A stretch of 64,000 nt of DNA, from contig CAZTNA010000002.1 of the NCBI GenBank assembly GCA_964615305.1, positions 18,835-82,834 on the forward strand. The letters run 5' to 3'. This document shows positions 56,026-64,000 of this stretch, piece by piece. The translations under genes and the position numbers were made by a program. Each line of letters begins with the position of its first letter. Within the stretch, counting starts at the first letter, position 1. The notes below the pieces were generated by a model. The model was not told where the DNA came from. It saw only the letters and a list, made by a program, of their open reading frames with translations, and did not search any database. The DNA comes from an uncultured Chitinophaga sp. (GTDB lineage: Bacteria > Bacteroidota > Bacteroidia > Chitinophagales > LD1).

Positions 56026-56318
56026 AAAAGAGGTTTGGATGCAAGTGCCAACTACCATTTTTAAGAAAACAAATGTTTGGACGCAGTCTGTAACAGGCTT
56101 CTACACTCAAACAATTGTTTCCATGCAAGTGCCAACTTCCCCACGTATCCAAACAATTGTTTCCATGCAAGCGCCAACTTTCCCGCGTATCCAAACAATC
56201 GTTTTTATGCAAGCGCCAACTTCCCAACGTATCCAAACAAGTGTTTTTATGCAAGTGCCAACTTTCACACGCATCCAAACAAGTGTTTTTATGCAAGCGC
56301 CAACTACAAACCGTATTC
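56026..56318. repeat. tandem array of seven 42-bp units (five well conserved, two decayed)
   Basis: The conserved units lie at 56108, 56150, 56192, 56234 and 56276. The unit consensus is CAAACAAnTGTTTyyATGCAAGyGCCAACT plus about 12 variable nt. Decayed units cover 56026-56107. Confidence 0.9.
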
Positions 56319-56441
56319 AAACAAAAAAATCAATAACCATTACTAACCACTAAAAACTAAAAATTATGGAAAGAATCTGGCACTACCTTACCAACCAGTT
56401 TATAGCAACCGGCAATGAGATTTACTTGTAAGCATACTTGT

Positions 56442-56449
56442 TACATTTG
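56442..56449 (+). promoter_or_regulatory. candidate -7 box (TACATTTG) for the small ORF at 56467
   Basis: An exact TAnnTTTG match 18 nt upstream of the ATG at 56467. Confidence 0.3.
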
Positions 56450-56466
56450 TGAGTAAACTTTGCACC

Positions 56467-56706
56467 ATGTTGACACCCGATGAAGAAACACAACTTGCCT
56501 GTTCGATGGTATTGATAGATCTCATTAAATCAGGTATTACTGATGCTCAGCGCACGGCAGAGTTAACTGACTTGTTGAACGAACTGCAAGAAAGAGTTAC
56601 AAACATCTGGGGATCCCTTACTGATAATGAAAAGAATCAGGCCTTGGAACGTTACCAACAAGAACGCAACAGCGGCACATACGATACACTACCGCCTCTA
56701 CTATAA
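56467..56706 (+). CDS. small acidic helical protein, unknown function
   Basis: 79 aa from the ATG within track ORF 56449-56706. It is protein-like ('ELTDLLNELQERVTNIWGSLTDNEKNQALERYQQE') and preceded by a -7 box. Confidence 0.4.
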   Translation: MLTPDEETQLACSMVLIDLIKSGITDAQRTAELTDLLNELQERVTNIWGSLTDNEKNQALERYQQERNSGTYDTLPPLL

Positions 56707-56860
56707 CTCAACACTTACTACGTTGCCCCCGCGCTTTGTCATAGTTTTGTCATTTTTTCAACTAACATATTACACCGTATCTATTTACTGCTTAACATTG
56801 TTTTGCAAAAAAAATTACATTGCACCGCTTTTGACAAAACACTGCTAAAACAAGAGAGAA

Positions 56861-59800
56861 ATGAAGAAAATCTTTACCCTCCTCACTATGTTAACCGTTT
56901 ACCTATCGGTTCATGCGCAAAACGGAGAAATATCAGGAAAAGTAATTGATGAAAATGGTGAAGGAGTGCCTATTGCCAACGTAGTGATTGTAGATGGCAA
57001 GGGAGTAACCACCGGCCGCGGTACCACTACTGATTTTGATGGCAACTACTCTATTAAACCGCTGACCCCCGGCAAGTACAACGTACAGTTTTCGTATGTT
57101 GGCTACTCATCGCAAATTCAGCAAGGCGTAGTAGTAAATGCCGATAAAGCCACCTTTATAGACATTAAGTTAAAACCATCTTCTACCGAGTTAGCCGCGG
57201 TGGAAATTGTTTCTTACAAAGTGCCTTTAATAGACCCGGGCAAAACTTCTTCGCAAAATACGGTGAGTGCCGAAGAAATAGCCAATATGCCTACCCGTAA
57301 CATAACCGACATAGCTGCTACCACTGCAGGCGCATTTCAAAGCGACCAAGGTAAGGGGTTAAATGTAAAAGGAGGCCGCGAAGACGGCACCGAGTACTAT
57401 ATAGATGGAGTAAAAGTTACCGGTGTGCCTACCCTTCCGGCTACAGCCATAGAGCAGCTACAGGTAATTACCGGTGGTGTGCCCGCCAAATACGGTGACG
57501 TAACAGGGGGTGTGGTAAACATTACTACCAAAGGCCCTGCCGGCCAGTTTAACGGAGGCATAGAAGCACAAACCTCTCAGGGGCTTGATGCATTTGGCTA
57601 CAATCTGGTGAACGCCAACCTGACCGGCCCCATTTGGAAGAAGAAAGAATCTAAGAAAACAATCATGGGCTTTTTTCTGGCTTTCGAATATCTTCGTCAG
57701 CAAGACCCGAACCCTTCGGCAGTAGGTGTATGGCAGGTGCGTCCCGAAAAACTCGATTCACTCCGCCAATTTCCTTTACAGAAAAAACAAACATCCACCG
57801 GTTTTGATGTAGCTTCAGAGAATCTTACCTATAAAGATATGTATAAGCAGAAGGTAAAGCCTAACACCGTAGAACAAAACTTCCGTGGTACAGGCCGCTT
57901 AGACATTCGCCCGGCTGATAATATTAACCTGAGCTTTGGCGGCTCCGTATCGTACCGCAAGTACCACGACTGGGTAGATAGATACACGCTTTTAAACGCT
58001 GAAAACAACCCCCTGTTTAAAGCGCTTAACTGGCGCGTGTTTGGCCGCTTTACACACAATATACAAGCCAAACAAACAGATGATGAAGGAAGTGAAGGCA
58101 AAAAGAAAAAGTCATCGGCTTTCCAAAACGCTTTTTATTCGTTACAGTTCGACTACGAAAAATACACTGTCAGCTATGCTGATGAATCGCACGGCACCAA
58201 TCCGTTTGACTACGGCTATATCGGTAAGTTCGACACCAAGCGTGCCCCCATATTTGCCTTCGATACTTTTTATGTGGACGGCAAAACATTAGAAGGATGG
58301 AAACAAATAGGCGTGCAAGACACTTCGGTGTTGTTTACTCCAAGTGATCTGAACCCTTACGGTACCCGCTTTACACAACAGTACTATGAACTTCTAGATG
58401 CACAGGTAAATGCCGATGGCAGCTATCAGGTGTTTGGCGACAACAACAAGCAGTTTACTGCCAACATTTTTCAGATACAGGGTAATCAGGCGCTTATCAA
58501 CGGCACGCGCTCTAACATGGTTTACAATATTTGGTTTAACACCGGCCGCCAGTACAACGGCTTTGGAAAAGAAAGCGACAACGACCAATACCGTGTTCGT
58601 TTAGAAGGTGCTTTTGATATTCTAAAACCAGGTGCGCCCAGCCGAAACAAACACTCCTTTGAGTTTGGGGTAGAGTTTGAACAGCGTATTCAGCGTTCAT
58701 ATACTGTTTCGCCACTTGGTTTGTGGGCTCGTGCCCGTGGCTTGGTTAACACACATCTGGCCGGTTTCGACAGAGCTAATCCTATTCTGAGAATCAATGG
58801 TCAGGAATATGCTTACAACGACCCTAACCGCCCCGACTTCTATGAAACTGACACCATACTGTTTAACCTTGGTTATACTTCAGAAAACCACAATTTCTTT
58901 GATAAGCAACTTCGCCAGGCGTTAGGCAAAGATGTAACCAATACTGACCTTATAGATGTAGATGCCCTTAACCCAGATCAGCTAAACATAAACATGTTTT
59001 CGCCTACCGAGTTATTAGGCGATGGTGCCGCTTTGGTAGCTTACCGCGGTTACGACCCTTACGGCAACCGTTACACCAAGCAGCCTTCATTCAATGACTT
59101 TTTTACCAAGAGACGTGCAGATGGTGAATTAGAAAGAGCTATACCGGCTTTTCGCCCTATTTATACGGCTGCTTATATTTCTGACCGCTTTTACTTCAAA
59201 GATCTTACGTTTAACGTAGGTGTGCGTATAGACCGCTTTGATGCCAATCAGCCCGTACTAAAAGATGAGTTTTCTTTATATGGAATAAATACGGTAGCCG
59301 AAACTAAAGACCTGTCGGGCAAACCTGTTACTCACCCTTCTAACATGGACGGTAGTTATGCTGTGTATGTAGATAACACCAATGCACCTACCGCTATAGC
59401 CGGCTACCGCAAAGGCAATATTTGGTACGACCGCTTTGGTAATGAACTTTCAAGCGGCAGAGACGTGGCAGCTGCTTCATCTACCGGTACTATTCAACCG
59501 TTTTTAAAAGATTCGAAAACGGATATTAAAGACCCCGATAAGTTTGATCCTAATCAAAGTTTTGAAGACTATAAGCCAAAGGTTATTGTAATGCCTCGTT
59601 TGCAGTTTTCATTTAACCTTACCGACCGTGCTTTGTTCTTTGCACACTACGACATTTTGAGTCAGCGCCCGCAAAGCCGCGCTATCATGGACCCTACCGA
59701 CTACTTATTTTTTGTTGACAATATAGGCACGCCTATTAATAACCCTAATCTGAAACCCGAAAGAACCATTGACTTTGAATTGGGCTTTAAACAACGTGTA

Positions 59801-60658
59801 AGCAACAGCGCGGCTGTTACAATTTCGGCATTTTACCGCGAGTTCCGCGATATGGTGCAGATTCGTAAAATAATTAACGCTTACCCTAAAGATTACCTGA
59901 GCTACGGCAACGTTGACTTTGGTACTACCAAAGGCTTTACTCTTGACTTTGACTTGCGCAGAACCGGAAACTTTAGCGCTAAGGCCAACTATACCATGCA
60001 GTTTGCCGAAGGCACCGGCTCTGACGACCGCTCACAATTAAACTTGGTAAACTCTAACAACCCTAATTTCAGGACCATTAACTTTGTGAACTACGATGCC
60101 CGCCACATGATAAATGTGAATCTGAACTATAGCTTCGGCCAGGGTAAAGATTACAACGGACCTACGGTTAAAAACAAACAGATACTTTCTAACTTTGGTG
60201 TAAACGTACAATTAGCCGCCCGTTCCGGAACGCCTTACAGCGAGCAATACTTTGCTACACCGGAAGGGTTAGAAAACCAGCCCGGCCGCCCGCTTACCAA
60301 AGGTACTGTAAACGGTTCGCGAATTCCATGGTTCTTCCGCTTAAACATGCGTGTATGGAAAGACTTCACCTTTGTGGTAGGTAAGAAGAAAGAGAAAAAT
60401 GATGACAAGCGGGAACTTTCGTTCCAGATATACTTGCAAATACAAAACATCATTGGTACTAAAAATCCGGTGCAGGTTTACCGCTTTACAGGCACTGCAG
60501 CAGATGATGGTTACCTGAGCGATCCATCGAGTTTACCGGCCATACAGTCGTCATTAAACCCGCAGGCATATAAAGACTTGTATGCTGCCTATATTAACCA
60601 CCCTAACAACTACCAGTTACCACGTAGAATTTACTTGGGTGCCGTATTTAGTTTCTAA
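56861..60658 (+). CDS. very large TonB-dependent receptor-like outer membrane protein with a CarboxypepD_reg N-domain
   Basis: A signal peptide is followed by 'GEISGKVIDENGEGVPIANVVIVD...GNYSIKPLTPGKYNVQFSYVGY'. The plug region shows 'NVKGGREDGTEYYIDGVKV' and 'GGVPAKYGDVTGGVVNITTK'. The terminal strand ends '...YLGAVFSF'. Confidence 0.85.
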   Translation: MKKIFTLLTMLTVYLSVHAQNGEISGKVIDENGEGVPIANVVIVDGKGVTTGRGTTTDFDGNYSIKPLTPGKYNVQFSYVGYSSQIQQGVVVNADKATFIDIKLKPSSTELAAVEIVSYKVPLIDPGKTSSQNTVSAEEIANMPTRNITDIAATTAGAFQSDQGKGLNVKGGREDGTEYYIDGVKVTGVPTLPATAIEQLQVITGGVPAKYGDVTGGVVNITTKGPAGQFNGGIEAQTSQGLDAFGYNLVNANLTGPIWKKKESKKTIMGFFLAFEYLRQQDPNPSAVGVWQVRPEKLDSLRQFPLQKKQTSTGFDVASENLTYKDMYKQKVKPNTVEQNFRGTGRLDIRPADNINLSFGGSVSYRKYHDWVDRYTLLNAENNPLFKALNWRVFGRFTHNIQAKQTDDEGSEGKKKKSSAFQNAFYSLQFDYEKYTVSYADESHGTNPFDYGYIGKFDTKRAPIFAFDTFYVDGKTLEGWKQIGVQDTSVLFTPSDLNPYGTRFTQQYYELLDAQVNADGSYQVFGDNNKQFTANIFQIQGNQALINGTRSNMVYNIWFNTGRQYNGFGKESDNDQYRVRLEGAFDILKPGAPSRNKHSFEFGVEFEQRIQRSYTVSPLGLWARARGLVNTHLAGFDRANPILRINGQEYAYNDPNRPDFYETDTILFNLGYTSENHNFFDKQLRQALGKDVTNTDLIDVDALNPDQLNINMFSPTELLGDGAALVAYRGYDPYGNRYTKQPSFNDFFTKRRADGELERAIPAFRPIYTAAYISDRFYFKDLTFNVGVRIDRFDANQPVLKDEFSLYGINTVAETKDLSGKPVTHPSNMDGSYAVYVDNTNAPTAIAGYRKGNIWYDRFGNELSSGRDVAAASSTGTIQPFLKDSKTDIKDPDKFDPNQSFEDYKPKVIVMPRLQFSFNLTDRALFFAHYDILSQRPQSRAIMDPTDYLFFVDNIGTPINNPNLKPERTIDFELGFKQRVSNSAAVTISAFYREFRDMVQIRKIINAYPKDYLSYGNVDFGTTKGFTLDFDLRRTGNFSAKANYTMQFAEGTGSDDRSQLNLVNSNNPNFRTINFVNYDARHMINVNLNYSFGQGKDYNGPTVKNKQILSNFGVNVQLAARSGTPYSEQYFATPEGLENQPGRPLTKGTVNGSRIPWFFRLNMRVWKDFTFVVGKKKEKNDDKRELSFQIYLQIQNIIGTKNPVQVYRFTGTAADDGYLSDPSSLPAIQSSLNPQAYKDLYAAYINHPNNYQLPRRIYLGAVFSF

Positions 60659-60708
60659 AACCAAACACTATATTTTTTAAAAACCTACAACACTAAAATT
60701 AAAAGAGT

Positions 60709-63700
60709 ATGAAAAAAACAAAGACATCCGCTGCTATACTCGGCTTGCTAACATTGGTTAGTACCGGGTTGTACGCCCGTGAAAATACGGCTCCCAAGCA
60801 CAAGAAAGAAACTGTTTCGTTTAAAAACGAAGCAGGAGACTGTACTTCGCCTTTGGCTCAATACGATATGGACATCAACAACGTACGCGCCCGCCTGCTA
60901 ACCGGTGGCGATATGTGGTGGAATTTATCGGAAGCCGGCTATGAAGTGCCCAAAGGAGATGGTACAGGTGCCCGCCTGACTGCTCTATTTGCCGGAGCTA
61001 TTTGGATGACCGGTATAGATGCCGGTAACAATCTGAAATGTGCCGGACAAACATATCGCCAAAGTGGTGATGACTACTGGCCCGGCCCCCTATCGGCAGG
61101 AGGAAGCATAGATAAAACCACCTGTAATAAGTACGATAGGTTTTTTGAAGTATTAGGTGCCGATATTGATAAAGCTCAAATTGCTTTCTTGTCGAAAGGA
61201 GCCAACACCACTACAGCAGACATACCCAAAGGAGTATTAGCATGGCCGGCTAAGGGCAACCAGTACTTAGCTACTGACCCTACTCTTATAGGCGAAACCT
61301 TTGTTATTACCGATAACCTTGCTCCGTTTAAAGATGTGGATGGAGATGGTGAATATGATCCATTAAAAGGCGACTATCCGGTAATACCTTGCAGCACCGG
61401 GGAATCGGAAGCGTTTGCCGATCAAATGATTTTTTGGGTTTATAATGATGCAGGTAACTTTCATACAGAAACCAACGGACAATCTATAGGTGCTCAGGTA
61501 AATACATTAGCCTTTGCTTTCCAAACAACCGATGAGGTTAACAACATGACCTTCTACAAGTACGAAATCATTAATAAGTCACCTAACACTTTGTTTCAAA
61601 CCTATGTGTCGCAATGGGCTGACCCCGATTTAGGTTGTTTTAGCAACGACCGTGTAGGTTGCGATACTACACGCAGTTTAGGTATTGTTTACAACGATGG
61701 TAACGATGCTGACTGTGGCGGAGTAGCCGGTTATGGTGCCGAACTTCCCGCATTAGGTATTGACTTTTTTGAAGGCCCACTTGATGACAACGGCCAGCAA
61801 CTTGGCCTTTCGTCATTTGTTTACTTTACTAATAACGGAACACCTTGTTGCTCAGACCCTGCCACTGCTGCACAATTCAGAAACTATATGACAGGATTCT
61901 GGAGAGACGGTACTCCGTTTACCCATGGCGGAACAGGGTATAACACAGGATCTGAAACTGAGTTTATTTTCCCCGGCAATCCAATTGACCCAGCCGCATG
62001 GAGCGACTACACCAGCGGTCAGCAAGCTGGCGACAGACGATTTGTTCAAACATCAGGACCATTTACCTTATCTCCCGGAGTTTCGCAGTATGTAACCATA
62101 GGAGTTGTGTTTGTGCGCCCAGCAGGTGGAGTAGGAAGCCCACCTAATTTTTCCACTACCATAGGCCCTGCCGATGACAAAGCCCAGAACCTGTTTAAGA
62201 CCTGTTTTAAACTGCCCGATGGTCCCGATGCGCCAACTTTATCTATCCGCGAGTTAGATAAGAAGTTAATCATTAACATGCTTAACATAAGCGGTAACAA
62301 TATGGGCGAATCATACAATGAGGTGGACGGTAGCGTGGCAAGTGCAGTTTACCAATACTTAGGAGGAAATGGAGATTCTACATATACATTTGAAGGGTAC
62401 AAACTATATCAAATAGCTAACCCACGTGTGTCTGCCACTGACCTCAATGACCCTACAAAAGCTCTTTTAATTAAACAGGTAGATGTAAAGAATGGTGTTA
62501 CCTCCATTGTCAACTATGAAAAAGACGCAGCGTTAGGTTTGTATGTACCAGTACTGAAAGCCGATGAAGTAAACGAAGGAATTCATACTTCTTTTTCAAT
62601 TGAAACCGACTTGTTTGCTACCGGAGCAAATAAGCAACTGATAAACCACAAGACCTACTATTTTACAGCAGTGGCGTATGCTCATAACGACTACATTACA
62701 TATAGCCAAAGCAACCCGGTTCCCGGCTCACAGCTAACACCCTATCTGCAGGGTCGAAATAACTTTAAGATTTATTCGGCTATACCAAACATACCGGATC
62801 CTCGAAACTCAGGAACAGTGTTAAACGCACAATGGGGTGATGGTGTAGAAGTAAAACGTATAGAAGGTGCCGGAAATGGGGGAAACAGTTTGCAACTTAC
62901 AGCAGCCACTATAGCCACTATACTTGACCCCGCCAGAAATTATTTTGCCGATACACTCTTTTATCAGAAAGGGAAAGACCCAATAGGCTTTAAGGTTACA
63001 GATCCTCTATATTTGAAAGAAGCTGATTTTGAACTCAGTTTTGTGGAAGATACGTTTATGAACGTTTCTACCCGTGCCATTGCCGGCATTGACACCTTTA
63101 CCCTGGCTCTTAGCGGGGTAAAGTCAGACTGGCTGCGTAATTTAGATACCATACCTACGGCTATGGAATTAGCCAAAGGATTAAAAATAGATTCGGTGTT
63201 AAGCACTTCGTCAACTGATTTTCGTTTTAAATGGTTCTTACAAGATCTAACTAATAACGTAACCATTAATGGCGAACGTTATGATGACCGACCTTATGAG
63301 CAACCAATTGGTGAAGGATTAGGCGAAAGCCGTATGGACTATGGTTTTTCTTTAAAACTAGGAACCCCAAGCCCTACTTATCAGATTAACGGTACCTACT
63401 TGGCGGGACCATCTGCTGCCGGAACCACCCGTGATGTGTATGACTTAGGAAAATCAACTCTGGAGTACCAGAACCCGGTTGAGCAGTGGCTGAAGTTTGT
63501 AAAAGACGAAGGTATAGCTACTCCTAATAACTGGATACGTTCAGGAAAGTATACTGGTGGCCCCGGTCAAACAGGGTCGCCCAATACGTTGTACTTAGTT
63601 TGGGACGATAACTACTACTATTTTGGAAGCACCGAGGGGTATGGGAACAACAACCCGCCAGCAAGCCGCTTTGACTACTGTACGGACCCGGACGAGAAAT

Positions 63701-64000
63701 TTGAAAAGATATTAGAAGGCACCTGGGCGCCATATTGCCTGGCAGCCAACTACTCTTGCAAAAGCCCGGGAATTGGAGCGCCACCTTATACATACGGCCC
63801 GGGTTTTAGATGGAGAAATTACAGCAGCACCAGTGCTTCTAACGTTTCACCACAAAACACATTAGACCGCCTATCGAGTGTAGATATTGTAATAACACCT
63901 GACCATACCAAGTGGAGCCGCTGTATAGTGTTTGAGACCGGTGAAGATGATGGTATTAATGAAGGTGCTACTATAGCACCTAACGGCAAAGCTGCCCGCA
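60709..64000 (+). CDS. large secreted protein, 3'-truncated by the window end, unknown function
   Basis: It is not in the ORF track because no stop occurs before the window end. Hand translation from the ATG at 60709 gives the signal peptide 'MKKTKTSAAILGLLTLVSTGLYA' and more than 1097 stop-free, protein-like codons. The + strand has no competing ORFs here. Confidence 0.7.
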   Translation, partial: MKKTKTSAAILGLLTLVSTGLYARENTAPKHKKETVSFKNEAGDCTSPLAQYDMDINNVRARLLTGGDMWWNLSEAGYEVPKGDGTGARLTALFAGAIWMTGIDAGNNLKCAGQTYRQSGDDYWPGPLSAGGSIDKTTCNKYDRFFEVLGADIDKAQIAFLSKGANTTTADIPKGVLAWPAKGNQYLATDPTLIGETFVITDNLAPFKDVDGDGEYDPLKGDYPVIPCSTGESEAFADQMIFWVYNDAGNFHTETNGQSIGAQVNTLAFAFQTTDEVNNMTFYKYEIINKSPNTLFQTYVSQWADPDLGCFSNDRVGCDTTRSLGIVYNDGNDADCGGVAGYGAELPALGIDFFEGPLDDNGQQLGLSSFVYFTNNGTPCCSDPATAAQFRNYMTGFWRDGTPFTHGGTGYNTGSETEFIFPGNPIDPAAWSDYTSGQQAGDRRFVQTSGPFTLSPGVSQYVTIGVVFVRPAGGVGSPPNFSTTIGPADDKAQNLFKTCFKLPDGPDAPTLSIRELDKKLIINMLNISGNNMGESYNEVDGSVASAVYQYLGGNGDSTYTFEGYKLYQIANPRVSATDLNDPTKALLIKQVDVKNGVTSIVNYEKDAALGLYVPVLKADEVNEGIHTSFSIETDLFATGANKQLINHKTYYFTAVAYAHNDYITYSQSNPVPGSQLTPYLQGRNNFKIYSAIPNIPDPRNSGTVLNAQWGDGVEVKRIEGAGNGGNSLQLTAATIATILDPARNYFADTLFYQKGKDPIGFKVTDPLYLKEADFELSFVEDTFMNVSTRAIAGIDTFTLALSGVKSDWLRNLDTIPTAMELAKGLKIDSVLSTSSTDFRFKWFLQDLTNNVTINGERYDDRPYEQPIGEGLGESRMDYGFSLKLGTPSPTYQINGTYLAGPSAAGTTRDVYDLGKSTLEYQNPVEQWLKFVKDEGIATPNNWIRSGKYTGGPGQTGSPNTLYLVWDDNYYYFGSTEGYGNNNPPASRFDYCTDPDEKFEKILEGTWAPYCLAANYSCKSPGIGAPPYTYGPGFRWRNYSSTSASNVSPQNTLDRLSSVDIVITPDHTKWSRCIVFETGEDDGINEGATIAPNGKAAR

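Noticed and set aside
56026-56318. The tandem array as a CRISPR locus
   Set aside because: The units abut head-to-tail with no unique spacers, the variable 12 nt is part of each diverging unit, and no cas genes lie in the window.
55919-56353. Four overlapping track ORFs (one minus strand, three plus frames) as real genes or a 14-aa repeat protein
   Set aside because: All frames are open simply because the 42-bp unit lacks stop codons. There is no start context or signal sequence, and three mutually exclusive frames are equally open. A coding role cannot be fully excluded without comparative data.

Overview
This window reads as a chromosomal segment of a Bacteroidota genome (Sphingobacteriia/Chitinophagia-like). 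The evidence is several secreted proteins ending in T9SS C-terminal sorting domains, a CarboxypepD_reg-type TonB-dependent receptor, a fused E1 alpha/beta 2-oxoacid dehydrogenase, and TAnnTTTG -7 boxes ahead of genes. I support about 55 CDS, densely packed and mostly housekeeping. They include topA, dnaB, clpS, ogt, prmC, kdsB, hldD, ndh and nuoM/nuoN. A leucine/isovalerate catabolic set (E1 alpha-beta, MCC alpha and beta, HMG-CoA lyase, an acyl-CoA dehydrogenase) is interleaved with two lower mevalonate-pathway genes. There is also a LytTR two-component pair and 4-5 T9SS cargo proteins. I recognised no rRNA, tRNA, CRISPR, cas, transposase or integrase. The one stretch that is not ordinary is 54.58-56.86 kb. 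It has low coding density, micro-ORFs below the ORF-track cutoff, a truncated and frameshifted gene remnant, and a 7-unit 42-bp tandem array in which each unit carries a short palindrome (iteron/centromere-like). Other follow-up items are listed below.
- Tail-to-head SCP2 fusions on an acyl-CoA dehydrogenase and a family III CoA-transferase.
- An orphan flavin-halogenase-like gene with an exact WxWxIP motif.
- nuoM-nuoN without nuoA-L.
- An XRE-HTH plus stand-alone Smr pair with palindromic operators.
- A 1265-aa TonB receptor followed by a >1097-codon secreted ORF that is missing from the ORF track because it runs off the window.
I could not identify a complete, self-evidently novel multi-gene system, so the findings are ranked hypotheses. 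All family calls are motif recognition by eye; no searches were run.
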